The notes under the pieces: model-generated
What the model saw: the letters and a program-made list of their open reading frames with translations, nothing else
What the model was told of the DNA's origin: nothing
Database searches by the model: none
Translations under genes and position numbers: made by a program
Assembly (NCBI GenBank): GCA_965197475.1
Contig: CBDANF010000003.1
Location: forward strand, 1,760,001-1,824,000
Direction: 5' to 3'
From: Candidatus Poribacteria bacterium
Lineage (GTDB): Bacteria; Poribacteria; WGA-4E; WGA-3G
Length of the DNA stretch: 64,000 bases
Shown here: positions 1-8,478 of the stretch, piece by piece
Numbering within the stretch: position 1 is the stretch's first letter
Layout: every line of letters begins with the position of its first letter

Positions 1-326
1 TTGCCCCAGTCACCCACTTTTTTTGTGTGTGACGAACCTTCGCTAAATGTAAAAGCAATCTTACCTAACCCTGACGCGATGATGCTTGCCGTGTAAAAGG
101 CACGATCGGGAGGTTTAGTCGGATTGTATGTTCCTCCGACAAGTGCTCCGTATTGATCTATTTTACGGGTTAAGTGATAATTGGTGCCACTTGCTGGCGA
201 CACAGAGTAATCTGTTCCCCATGTTGTGAAGTATTCTGTCTCGTGAGGCATTGCATGAACATGAACTGCTGTAATAAAAAAGAGTGTAAAACTGAGTGTT
301 ATCGCAACATAAAAATATCTTCTCAT
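1..326 (-). CDS. Secreted variable protein of cassette D (runs off the window edge)
   Basis: Read by eye: ATG at 326 after an AGGAGG RBS. MRRYFYVAITLSFTLFFITAVHVHA is signal-peptide-like. Contains ASGLGKIAFTF...VGDWG, resembling the GxGxxxFT...(I/V)GxW motif of the other cassette proteins. Frame stays open to the edge. Confidence 0.75.
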   Translation of the reverse strand, partial: MRRYFYVAITLSFTLFFITAVHVHAMPHETEYFTTWGTDYSVSPASGTNYHLTRKIDQYGALVGGTYNPTKPPDRAFYTASIIASGLGKIAFTFSEGSSHTKKVGDWG

Positions 327-356
327 TCTAAAATCCTCCTTGTTTTGGTATAGGTT

Positions 357-1163
357 CTATTCTACTACTTCAGGTATAATATCAGATTGGTAAAGTCTCT
401 TTAGACGATGTTCTAAACCGAATTTACGGTAGACTTCTCTAATTGCTTCTTCTCGTTGTCTATGTGCTTCCTCCTCAGAAATAGGATCACCACTATAGAG
501 AGTGCCCGTTATTACAGGAGCAGGACCCCGGGATTTTGCTATTAACACCTTGAGTTCCGCTAATATCCGATCATATTCTGCAGTGTCACCACTACGCCTG
601 GCTTCAACAAGTTTTCTTTGTAAAATTTCGTGTTGTTCCCATTGTTCTGGTGTTGGTGCAAACCCATCATTGACAACTTTATAGAAGGTGGTGGTACTAT
701 TATCGTAGTGTTTTATTACTTCTCCGTTGTCATTACGCATATGCTCCCAGTTGGCACCGATGAGTGGGGGATCAACCCCCCATTCCTTACGATATGCTTC
801 TATTTCTTCTGGCGAGCGGGGTTGCCCAATCAATTCCGGCATCGGCACGAATTCGGGGAGGGTGTCATCCATCCTGTGTGTCGTGTCCGGTGTGCCTTTA
901 TTATCAGGCGAATCGTTTTTATGCCAATGCCCCTCGTGCCAATATCCCATTTCTTTGGTTTCACCGGGCGGCGGCGGCCTATTAGCATCCGTCAGGGCCG
1001 GATCATTGTGTTGCTTTTGACGATCTTCCAAAAGTTTTTTGGTTGCCTCACCTAATACCATTTCCGACTCAGTGTCGGTGTCCTGCGGTATCAGTAAGAA
1101 CACACCAGCAATTCCAATCAGTAGCATGAGGATTGCAAGTCCCCATATCATCTGCTTTTTCAT
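357..1163 (-). CDS. Membrane-anchored cassette protein D (constant N-terminal TM, PPPPG, GYWHEGHWH, GFAPT)
   Basis: 268 aa ORF with AAGGAG RBS. First ~46 aa are near-identical to three paralogs in the array. Confidence 0.85.
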   Translation of the reverse strand: MKKQMIWGLAILMLLIGIAGVFLLIPQDTDTESEMVLGEATKKLLEDRQKQHNDPALTDANRPPPPGETKEMGYWHEGHWHKNDSPDNKGTPDTTHRMDDTLPEFVPMPELIGQPRSPEEIEAYRKEWGVDPPLIGANWEHMRNDNGEVIKHYDNSTTTFYKVVNDGFAPTPEQWEQHEILQRKLVEARRSGDTAEYDRILAELKVLIAKSRGPAPVITGTLYSGDPISEEEAHRQREEAIREVYRKFGLEHRLKRLYQSDIIPEVVE

Positions 1164-1311
1164 AAGGATTCTCCTTATCTTTCATTTGCCTTTATTTCGC
1201 CGTGTCCAGCGAGCAAGGCATTTTGTTTTGTTCCATACAAGCGGGGTTTTCTGTCTGTGTAGCATCAATCATTTTGATTGTGCCAAAGAGCAGTCCGCCA
1301 CCCATAATAAC
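1027..1311. repeat. Conserved cassette linker, copy D (truncated)
   Basis: Near-identical to 2527-2811, 5237-5520 and 8068-8351. Homology ends abruptly at 1311, where CAGGACTTACGCA begins. Confidence 0.85.
1192..1311 (-). pseudogene. 5'-truncated two-Cys small membrane peptide (cassette D)
   Basis: Reads ...IMGGGLLFGTIKMIDATQTENPACMEQNKMPCSLDTAK*. The normal GTG start and RBS are replaced by an IS/MITE-like end. An internal ATG remains. Confidence 0.65.
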
Positions 1312-1324
1312 CAGGACTTACGCA
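1312..1324. mobile_element. Solo copy of the CAGGACTTACGCA terminal inverted repeat
   Basis: Identical to the left TIR of the 9490-9611 element and sits exactly at the break in cassette homology. Confidence 0.6.
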
Positions 1325-1437
1325 ATAATCTACAATTATGTTATACTGTTCTATTATGACTACATTTACACTTTCTAAAAAGAAGCACCACTTATTTTCT
1401 GATTATTGTCAATTTTTGTTAGCGAGTTTCACTAATT

Positions 1438-1767
1438 TTACACAAACCTATTTTGCAAACTATACGGAGAAACCGATCGATTGTCGTTTGCTATCCTGAC
1501 AGGGGCGAACTTGCATTCTGCAAAACCGAGACCTTTGACACCCGCCTCAAGAATAACATTAATCTCCCGATCATCTGTAGACCATTCTTCATTGCCTTCC
1601 TGATCTGTGTATTTGGTCATTACATTCTGATAACTTCTTGAATCGGAAGTAGACCCGATCGTAGGATCTGAGGTAAAACCTATTTCAGCGATTGCATGGT
1701 AAATAAAACAGGCAAAGATTCCAAGAACAAGGCACCCGATTAGCAAAAGGTTTCTATACGTTTTCAT
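1438..1767 (-). pseudogene. 3'-truncated secreted variable protein of cassette C
   Basis: Signal-peptide-like N-terminus, AGGAG RBS and AGVKGLGFAECKF motif, but only 109 aa versus ~457 aa for paralogs. Lacks the Cys-rich tail. Confidence 0.6.
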
Positions 1768-1802
1768 TAAAAACTCCTTGGGAATGTGTATTCTCTTTAT
1801 TG

Positions 1803-2663
1803 TTATCTATATTTTTCGGGGATGAGGTAATCAAACCCCGCTTTTCTATATTCTGCGTAAAGCACTTCTTTTTGTATCCGCATTGCGCGCTGGAGGAGCG
1901 CATCTGCGTGTGCATCTGTTGTTGTTGGGTGAGATAGAGAAACAACAAGATCAGGGATATTTCTATAGCATGCCTGACGGAACGCCTTGAGTTCAGCATT
2001 GATACGTTCCGCTTCAGCAGTCTGTCCCCATCCGTGCGCTTGGGTATACTCACGTTGCATTTCTTTATAACGTTCGTATTCTTCGCGTGTGGGTGCGAAT
2101 CCGATTTCGGTTACAACCCTAAAATAGGGTTCATAGTCTTTGTGTAAAATAGGATTACCGTTTTCATCCAGATCTAGCAACCCCTTTGTGTCTCGGAGAC
2201 GAATAGAGTATCCGGAGGGTGTATCTAGAAATCCGAAATTGTTCAGATCCTGAACCCGGACATTTATTCGTTCTTCTAGAGAAAGTTTCGTCCAGGCTTC
2301 AGGTAAAGTGCCGAAGGATTTCTGGAAAGGGATGTGACGGTCAGGATACGGTTCGTTTGATTGAGGTGCCGTCGGGAGCTCAACAGATGTCTTTCCCGGA
2401 ACGGTTCTGTGCCAACGGTCACCGTCCCAATGTCCTGTTTCGTGGGTTTCACCGGGTGGGGGTGGTCTGATACCAGGCTCAGGCGTGTTTGCTTCCTGCG
2501 GCGAGCCTTTTGGATTAGGTCCGTTCTCCAAAAGCTTTTTGGTTGCCTCACCTAATACCATTTCCGACTCAGTATCAGTATCCCGCGGTATCAGTAAGAA
2601 CACACCAGCAATTCCAATCAGTAGCATGAGGATTGCAAGTCCCCATATCATCTGCTTTTTCAT
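1803..2663 (-). CDS. Membrane-anchored cassette protein C
   Basis: 286 aa with the MKKQMIWGLAILMLLIGIAGVFLL constant N-terminus, GHWDGDRWH and GFAPT. Confidence 0.85.
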   Translation of the reverse strand: MKKQMIWGLAILMLLIGIAGVFLLIPRDTDTESEMVLGEATKKLLENGPNPKGSPQEANTPEPGIRPPPPGETHETGHWDGDRWHRTVPGKTSVELPTAPQSNEPYPDRHIPFQKSFGTLPEAWTKLSLEERINVRVQDLNNFGFLDTPSGYSIRLRDTKGLLDLDENGNPILHKDYEPYFRVVTEIGFAPTREEYERYKEMQREYTQAHGWGQTAEAERINAELKAFRQACYRNIPDLVVSLSHPTTTDAHADALLQRAMRIQKEVLYAEYRKAGFDYLIPEKYR

Positions 2664-2691
2664 AAGGATTCTCCTTATCTTTCATTTGCCT

Positions 2692-2856
2692 TTATTTCAC
2701 TGCGTCCAGCGTGCAAGGCGTTTTGTTTTGTTCCATACAAGCGGGGATTTCTGCCTGCGTAGCATCAATCATCTTGATTGTGCCAAAGAGCAGTCCGCCA
2801 CCCATAATAACAATAAGTGCCACGGTCAGTCCTATTTTTAAAAATTTCGTTTTCAC
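2692..2856 (-). CDS. 54 aa membrane peptide with a Cys-x7-Cys tail (cassette C)
   Basis: GTG start after AGGAGG. MKTKFLKIGLTVALIVIMGGGLLFGTIKMIDATQAEIPACMEQNKTPCTLDAVK. Conserved in all four cassettes and missed by the ORF track (<60 aa). Confidence 0.75.
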   Translation of the reverse strand: MKTKFLKIGLTVALIVIMGGGLLFGTIKMIDATQAEIPACMEQNKTPCTLDAVK

Positions 2857-2962
2857 AAATTATACACCTCCTTTCAAAATTAGTCAAAAAGACCGACCAA
2901 ACGATGACAACTGTAAATCAAAACATCAGTATGAAATACCTTTCATAATTAAAGACACAGTT

Positions 2963-3145
2963 TTAGACCGAAAAGGGTGCATACGATATAAAAAAATGAA
3001 TTTTGTCTAAAGATTTGGTAAAACCACCGCTTGCGCTCCTCACTTCGCGAAAGTTTTTCACACTATCCTGTATCCAAAAGGCGAGAAAGAGAATGCTGCT
3101 GAACAGGAGGAGCGAGACGAGATGTTTGAAAAGTGGGGTTTTCAT
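2963..3145 (-). CDS. ~60 aa hydrophobic small ORF (MKTPLFK...)
   Basis: Paralog at 5676-5864 differs by an in-frame 6-nt indel. One TM-like stretch. No clear RBS. Confidence 0.45.
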   Translation of the reverse strand: MKTPLFKHLVSLLLFSSILFLAFWIQDSVKNFREVRSASGGFTKSLDKIHFFISYAPFSV

Positions 3146-3160
3146 AAAAAACTATAAAGA

Positions 3161-3188
3161 GGGGAACCGGTACTATAACCGGTTCCCT
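3161..3188 (-). terminator. GC-rich hairpin after the secreted gene (terminator-like)
   Basis: GGGAACCGGT-N6-ACCGGTTCCC, followed on the minus strand by a T-rich tract. Same stem with a different loop at 5880-5907. Confidence 0.65.
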
Positions 3189-3216
3189 CTTATGTGTTAA
3201 TACGCAGGTGTAAGGT

Positions 3217-4593
3217 TTAATAAAATTCATCCGAATGGTAGTCATAAGCAGTTGTCTTACGTTCTCCTGAACAGATACCACGTTGCATGAGATAATTCTG
3301 ACATTTCGTGAAGAGTTCACCACAAGGTTCCGTTATCACCGTGCCATCAGCACGCCTGCCTATGATTATACTACGGATGCACGTATAGGTCGCACACGCA
3401 GTGTCTAAAATGCAGATCGGATTGATACATGCTGTGGCGGTCGTGGTACAACCACCATTGGGTGGGGGTGTGTTGCATCCACCATTGGGTGGGGGCGTGT
3501 TACAGCCGCCGTTTGAAGGGGGCGTGTTACAGCCGCCGTTTGAAGGGGGCGTGCCGCCGCCGTTCTGACCACCTAACGCAAGATAGTTGCTGGTGCCTTG
3601 CCCCATGCCAACGCCGCCGCCATTGCCCTGTTGTCCACCACCATCGCCTTGTTGACCGTCGCCATTGCCGCTACCACTACCGCTACTTGGGAACTGGTGG
3701 ATATGCGACGGATCACACCTATAAAAACCTTTTACAGTACAATAAACATTTCCTCCATCCTGGGTGATGTTAACGGGGCAATTAACTTGCCATGCATGTG
3801 CATATGCTTCACTTGGATCAATAATGTGAATGCCGCACTCACCCCGGATTTTATCGTTAATCGTGACGGAGTAACTTCCATTGTAAGGATCCGCATCAAC
3901 GTCACGAGGTATACCTGCCTCCCATTTCCAATATGATGACTCTCCAATAATGAAGCCAATTCCCGCGCCTGAGCTCCCCGCTTGCGCAGTTATTGCGCTC
4001 TGTTCGCTTCCGTATGTCACAATTCTCCGAGATTGTGTCGTGGCTTTACCTGTAGCATATATAGAAACAGTCGTAGGACTAATCTGAGCGGCATCATAAG
4101 CAGGTAGGTTGGGATTAACAACGCCATTAGGTTTTTTTCTACGGAAGGTGTAAACTTCACGTTCCGCTTTTTGTATCGGTTCTGAAGTCCAATGACCGAT
4201 GGAAAAATCCTCTGTCTCTCCGTTGAGCGTAAAAGCAACTTCGCCGTACCCGGTAGCACTGATGGATATCTTTAGGTAGTGATAGTTTTCGGGCTTGTAA
4301 GGTGTCCACGATTCCGAAAGTATAAAAGATACCGGAAGGTTGGGATCGGTGATGGTTCGTTCTCCATGCATATTCAAACCATTCATAGGAGTTGTCTGAA
4401 TTACCGGTTTAGAAGCGTATAAACCACTCGATTCCATATCTGCACGATTTTCTTCCCACCATAGCCGTGCTTCCCATGATTCAATGAAGTCAGGCGGCAT
4501 ATAATAGAGCATGCGGGCTAACGCGGTTGTGCTAATGCAAAAAACTAAAAACACTAAACAGCAAAGAAGAATCATATACTGTTTGTTTTTCAT
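3217..4593 (-). CDS. Secreted variable protein of cassette B with Gly-rich linker and conserved Cys-rich C-terminus
   Basis: Start reassigned to MKNKQYMILLCC (ATG 4593, AGGAGA RBS, just after the upstream stop at 4607). Signal peptide. C-terminus TACINPICILDTACATYTCIR...PCGELFTKCQN is shared with 5937-7307. Confidence 0.85.
   Translation of the reverse strand: MKNKQYMILLCCLVFLVFCISTTALARMLYYMPPDFIESWEARLWWEENRADMESSGLYASKPVIQTTPMNGLNMHGERTITDPNLPVSFILSESWTPYKPENYHYLKISISATGYGEVAFTLNGETEDFSIGHWTSEPIQKAEREVYTFRRKKPNGVVNPNLPAYDAAQISPTTVSIYATGKATTQSRRIVTYGSEQSAITAQAGSSGAGIGFIIGESSYWKWEAGIPRDVDADPYNGSYSVTINDKIRGECGIHIIDPSEAYAHAWQVNCPVNITQDGGNVYCTVKGFYRCDPSHIHQFPSSGSGSGNGDGQQGDGGGQQGNGGGVGMGQGTSNYLALGGQNGGGTPPSNGGCNTPPSNGGCNTPPPNGGCNTPPPNGGCTTTATACINPICILDTACATYTCIRSIIIGRRADGTVITEPCGELFTKCQNYLMQRGICSGERKTTAYDYHSDEFY
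3449..3556. repeat. 27-bp coding tandem repeat, about 4 x (N)TPP(S/P)NGGC
   Basis: Four copies here versus one copy in the paralog near 6170-6195. Confidence 0.85.
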
Positions 4594-4606
4594 GAGTCTA
4601 TCTCCT

Positions 4607-5374
4607 TTAGTAACTACGTTCCCCGTAGAGTTCGTAGAGGTGTTCAACGCCCATGTGCTGATAGAAAGATTGTAACGCTTCGTTATGAAGATTTCTCTCC
4701 TGCTCTCCAGAAATTGGGTCTCCATAATATCTAAAACCAACAGGATCTGGGATTTCACCTTGGGCAGCGTTAACAAGTGATCGAATCTCGTCGTCAAGAC
4801 GTTGCATCTCCGAGATGTTTTCTTTTGATGCAGCGTCTTTCATGGCGGCACGTAGTTGCTTGTAGCGTTTCAATTCTGCGGGTGTCGGTGCAAAATCTAC
4901 TTTTAGATCGTAGCGGGATACAGCAATCGTTCCTCTATAATGCCGATGGACATTTCCGTGATTATCACGAAAGTGTTGATATGAACCGTCTGGCGATGGG
5001 TCTTCTCCCCATTTATCTCGATATTCCGCGAGTTGCTGCTCCCGGAGTGCTTTGACCCTTGCCTTAATTTCTGCTTCAGAAAGTTTAGATAGTGTTTGCG
5101 GAGCTGTGGTGGTATCCGCGGGTGCCGCATGCGGTTCTTCGTGCCAAACGCCATCGTGCCAGTGTCCGTTAGGTGATGCACCGGGCGGTGGTGGTTTGCC
5201 CGCTTCTTGTGCAGACACCTGTTGCTTTGGTCCGTCCTCCAAAGGTTTTTTGGTTGCCTCACCTAATACCAGTTTCGACTCAGTGTCGGTATCCTGCGGC
5301 ATCAGTAAGAAAACACCAGCAATTCCAATCAGTAGCATGAGGATTGCAAGTCCCCATATCATCTGCTTTTTCAT
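4607..5374 (-). CDS. Membrane-anchored cassette protein B
   Basis: 255 aa with the constant N-terminus, NGHWHDGVWH and DFAPT. Confidence 0.85.
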   Translation of the reverse strand: MKKQMIWGLAILMLLIGIAGVFLLMPQDTDTESKLVLGEATKKPLEDGPKQQVSAQEAGKPPPPGASPNGHWHDGVWHEEPHAAPADTTTAPQTLSKLSEAEIKARVKALREQQLAEYRDKWGEDPSPDGSYQHFRDNHGNVHRHYRGTIAVSRYDLKVDFAPTPAELKRYKQLRAAMKDAASKENISEMQRLDDEIRSLVNAAQGEIPDPVGFRYYGDPISGEQERNLHNEALQSFYQHMGVEHLYELYGERSY

Positions 5375-5402
5375 AAGGATTCTCCTTATCTTTCATTTGC
5401 CT

Positions 5403-5570
5403 TTATTTCGCTGCGTCCAGCGTGCAAGGCGTTTTGTTTTGTTCCATACAAGCGGGGATTCCTGCCTGCGTAGCATCAATCATTTTGATTGTGCCAAAGA
5501 ACAGCCCTCCACCCATAAAAACAATCAGTGCCGTGGTCAGTCCTATCTTTCGCCACCGTTGCTTTTTCAC
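5403..5570 (-). CDS. 55 aa two-Cys membrane peptide (cassette B)
   Basis: GTG at 5570 is positioned like the paralog starts. MKKQRWRKIGLTTALIVFMGGGLFFGTIKMIDATQAGIPACMEQNKTPCTLDAAK. Confidence 0.75.
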   Translation of the reverse strand: MKKQRWRKIGLTTALIVFMGGGLFFGTIKMIDATQAGIPACMEQNKTPCTLDAAK

Positions 5571-5675
5571 AATTATATACATCCTTTCAAAATTAGTCAA
5601 AAAGACCGACCAAACGATGACAACTGTAAATCAAAACATCAGTATGAAATACCTTTCATAATTAAAGACACAGTT

Positions 5676-5864
5676 TTAGACCGAAAAGTGTGCATACGAT
5701 ATAAAAAAATGAATTTTGTCTAAAGATTTGGTAAAACTACCGCTTGCGCTCCTCACTTCGCGAAAGTTTTTCACACTATCCTGTATCCGTATCCAAAAGG
5801 CGAGAAATAGGATACTGATGAGCAATAGGAGCGGGAGGATTTGTTTGAAAAGCGGGGTTTTCAT
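5676..5864 (-). CDS. ~62 aa hydrophobic small ORF (MKTPLFK...)
   Basis: Paralog of 2963-3145. Confidence 0.45.
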   Translation of the reverse strand: MKTPLFKQILPLLLLISILFLAFWIRIQDSVKNFREVRSASGSFTKSLDKIHFFISYAHFSV

Positions 5865-5879
5865 AATAAACTATAAAGA

Positions 5880-5907
5880 GGGGAACCGGTTGCGACACCG
5901 GTTCCCC
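5880..5907 (-). terminator. GC-rich hairpin after the secreted gene (terminator-like)
   Basis: GGGGAACCGGT-TGCGAC-ACCGGTTCCCC. Confidence 0.65.
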
Positions 5908-5936
5908 ACTTATGCGTTAATACGCAGGTGTAAGGT

Positions 5937-7307
5937 TTAACGATATAGATCCGAATGATAGTCGCGAAGAGTTGTCAAACGTTCTCCCGAACAGATACCA
6001 CGTTGCATGAGAAGATTCTGACATTTCGTGAAAAGTTCACCACAAGGTCTTGTCACCCACGAACCATCATTTCTCTGGCTTACTTTTATCCTACGGATGC
6101 ACGTATAGGTCGCACACGCAGTGTCTAAAATGCAGATCGGATTGATACATGCTGTGGCGGTCGTGGTGCAACCACCATTTGATGGAGGTGTGCCACCGCC
6201 ACCATTACCCGCGTTCGCTTCAAGCGCATCGGTACACTCACTGCAAGTGCCACTAATTCTCGCGCAGGTCGCGCAGGTTCCACCACCATTGCCGGGGTTC
6301 TGCCCTATGCCACCACCATTGCCTTGTTGACCGCCACCATTGCCTTGTTGCGATCCACTACCAAATTGGTGCGTGTGATACACGCACTGGTAAAACCATT
6401 CCACAGTGCAAGTAAAACCGTTTTCATCTGTTTTGGAGCAACTTTCTTCAAAAACATGATTACCGGGATGCTTAAAACACGGATATGTATCCAGACATCC
6501 GTAGCATACGGTGTAATGCTCGTGGAGGTCATCCCGTAATGTAGACTTGCATATCCAGCATTGCAACTCTTCTGCATAGGACCAGCTCCCCGATTTGCTA
6601 GTGCTATCATGGGCACTAAATGTCCACATATCATCTGAAATCTCCGTTGTTATTGATCTTCCATTAGATAGTGTGACTGTGTGAGAGATACCTGGTTCAA
6701 AGCCAACAGACACTGTAGACTCTGAACCGTATTCCGTTGAGACAGTCACCGAGGAGGTGCCTTTCCATCTGACATTAGCGATTCTGACAGTCCCTGCCCC
6801 CGACCATGTGCCGCCTTTTTTCTCTGGAACATAAGCCCATCGCGACCAATAAAAAACAGCTGAGTCCGATTCGGCATAAGCTGTTCCATCTTCAATACCA
6901 TCATTTACGTTGATGTTTACACCCCAAGATCCGATCTCAGCGACGCGAGAAGCTCCGTTATAGTCAACCAGTGGTTCACCATTGATTGTCGCGGAATCAA
7001 TGGTGAACTGCGCCTCACCATACCCGTATAATGCGGCATTAAGCCTTACCTCTGCAATGCTAGGCATTAGTCCCGGAGTTCTTGTTACGGCATGTTCTCC
7101 ACCATAACTACATGGCGTAGACGTCGCTGCAAAATCTGGTATGCAATGGTATGCATACGTATAGTTTTCTGCCATGTTAGAGTCAACGAAACAGGGAGTA
7201 CCACTGTCATCAAAATTCAAAGTCGTTCTTCCACCGAATGAACTTTGTGGTAATATGAAAAAAATACTAAGCGTTATTGTCAAAAATAGTTTATTAAACA
7301 TTATCAA
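5937..7307 (-). CDS. Secreted variable protein of cassette A with Cys/His-rich segment and conserved Cys-rich C-terminus
   Basis: 456 aa, AGGAG RBS, signal peptide, YGYGEAQFT motif, Ser/Thr-rich middle, several CxxC motifs, Gly-rich linker and the shared C-terminus. Confidence 0.85.
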   Translation of the reverse strand: MIMFNKLFLTITLSIFFILPQSSFGGRTTLNFDDSGTPCFVDSNMAENYTYAYHCIPDFAATSTPCSYGGEHAVTRTPGLMPSIAEVRLNAALYGYGEAQFTIDSATINGEPLVDYNGASRVAEIGSWGVNINVNDGIEDGTAYAESDSAVFYWSRWAYVPEKKGGTWSGAGTVRIANVRWKGTSSVTVSTEYGSESTVSVGFEPGISHTVTLSNGRSITTEISDDMWTFSAHDSTSKSGSWSYAEELQCWICKSTLRDDLHEHYTVCYGCLDTYPCFKHPGNHVFEESCSKTDENGFTCTVEWFYQCVYHTHQFGSGSQQGNGGGQQGNGGGIGQNPGNGGGTCATCARISGTCSECTDALEANAGNGGGGTPPSNGGCTTTATACINPICILDTACATYTCIRRIKVSQRNDGSWVTRPCGELFTKCQNLLMQRGICSGERLTTLRDYHSDLYR

Positions 7308-7315
7308 ATCTCCTT

Positions 7316-8203
7316 TTAGTCTTCGACGATTTCGAGTTCCTGACCATCAATTATAATTGTCCGGGGTTCTGGACGAAGCAAATGCTCTAATCCCATATGT
7401 CTATAGGCTGCACGTAGGATTGGTTTCCTTTTTTCTGCAAGCGAATGTTCAAATGCTTCTGTTCCATATTCACTTGGATCTGCCTTCCCGAATGTAGAAA
7501 AGCTTGGAAGTTTACCCTGCGCGTCAGCAGTAAGGGAATCAATCTCTGCGGAAAGTTGCTGTATGAGGTTCATATCGTTGTCACGCTTTGCTTCCTTTAA
7601 CTTGCGTTGCAGTTCTTGGTACCGCTCATATTGTTGAAGCGTTGGCGCAAAGCCGGTATGCGTAGTTATCCAATATTGCGTGGAATCCGCCTCCATATTT
7701 ATCAAAAAAGGAGCACCGTTATCTAAGACAATTTCTTTATCATCTATCAAGAGATAGTCATAACCTTTAGGTGGAGGTTCTATCCCGAGAGAGAGATAAC
7801 GACGTATCCGCCTCAGATCGGCTCTTTGCTTACTGTTAACAGGAATAGGTTCACCATTCGAACCTATAGAACCATCCCAATACTTGCTGAGTTCAGTTTC
7901 GTTCAAGGGTTGTTCCCGTGGTGTCTGACCATCATTCGGTTTTCTGGAATGCCAGTGGTCACCGTGCCAATATCCTGTTTCTTTTGTTTCGCCAGGGGGC
8001 GGTGGTCTGACACCAGGCTCAGGCGTGTTTACTTCCTGTGGTGAACCCTTTGGCTTAGGTCCGTCTTCCAAAAGTTTTTTGGTTGCATCACCTAATACCA
8101 TTTCCGACTCAGTGTCAGTATCCCGCGGTATCAGTAAGAACACACCCGCAATTCCAATCAGTAGCATGAGGATTGCAAGTCCCCATATCATGTGCTTTTT
8201 CAT
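7316..8203 (-). CDS. Membrane-anchored cassette protein A
   Basis: 295 aa with the constant N-terminus, GYWHGDHWH and GFAPT. Confidence 0.85.
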   Translation of the reverse strand: MKKHMIWGLAILMLLIGIAGVFLLIPRDTDTESEMVLGDATKKLLEDGPKPKGSPQEVNTPEPGVRPPPPGETKETGYWHGDHWHSRKPNDGQTPREQPLNETELSKYWDGSIGSNGEPIPVNSKQRADLRRIRRYLSLGIEPPPKGYDYLLIDDKEIVLDNGAPFLINMEADSTQYWITTHTGFAPTLQQYERYQELQRKLKEAKRDNDMNLIQQLSAEIDSLTADAQGKLPSFSTFGKADPSEYGTEAFEHSLAEKRKPILRAAYRHMGLEHLLRPEPRTIIIDGQELEIVED

Positions 8204-8416
8204 AAGGATTCTCCTTATCTTTCATTTGCCTTTATTTCGCTGCGTCCAGCGTGCAAGGCGGTTTGTTTTGTTCCATACAAGCGGGGATTTCTGCCTGCGT
8301 AGCATCAATCATCTTGATTGTGCCAAACAGCAGTCCGCCACCCATAATAACAATAAGTGCCACGGTCAGTCCTATTTTTAAAAATTTCGTTTTCACATTA
8401 TACACCTCCTTCCAAA
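8068..8416. repeat. Conserved cassette linker, copy A (leading copy)
   Basis: Near-identical to 2527-2878. Confidence 0.85.
8232..8396 (-). CDS. 54 aa two-Cys membrane peptide (cassette A)
   Basis: GTG start after AGGAGG. MKTKFLKIGLTVALIVIMGGGLLFGTIKMIDATQAEIPACMEQNKPPCTLDAAK. Confidence 0.75.
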   Translation of the reverse strand: MKTKFLKIGLTVALIVIMGGGLLFGTIKMIDATQAEIPACMEQNKPPCTLDAAK

Positions 8417-8478
8417 ATTTATCAACTAAAACTAAACAAATGGCAGGGTTGTTTAGTTTTAAGTTTGTTCATTTAGTC

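Larger units (their letters stand above)
2527..3460. repeat. Conserved cassette linker, copy C (~0.93 kb)
   Basis: Near-identical to 5237-6180. Spans the 3' end of the secreted gene, the hairpin, two small ORFs and the 5' end of the next membrane-protein gene. Confidence 0.9.
5237..6180. repeat. Conserved cassette linker, copy B
   Basis: Near-identical to 2527-3460. Confidence 0.9.

Noticed and set aside
4594-4797. 68-aa N-terminal extension of ORF 3217..4797
   Set aside because: It overlaps the upstream gene. The RBS and signal peptide point to ATG 4593.
1-8420. Cassette array as an integron or diversity-generating retroelement
   Set aside because: No integrase or reverse transcriptase in the window, no attC-like sites and no adenine-specific TR/VR pattern. 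The repeats lie inside coding sequence.
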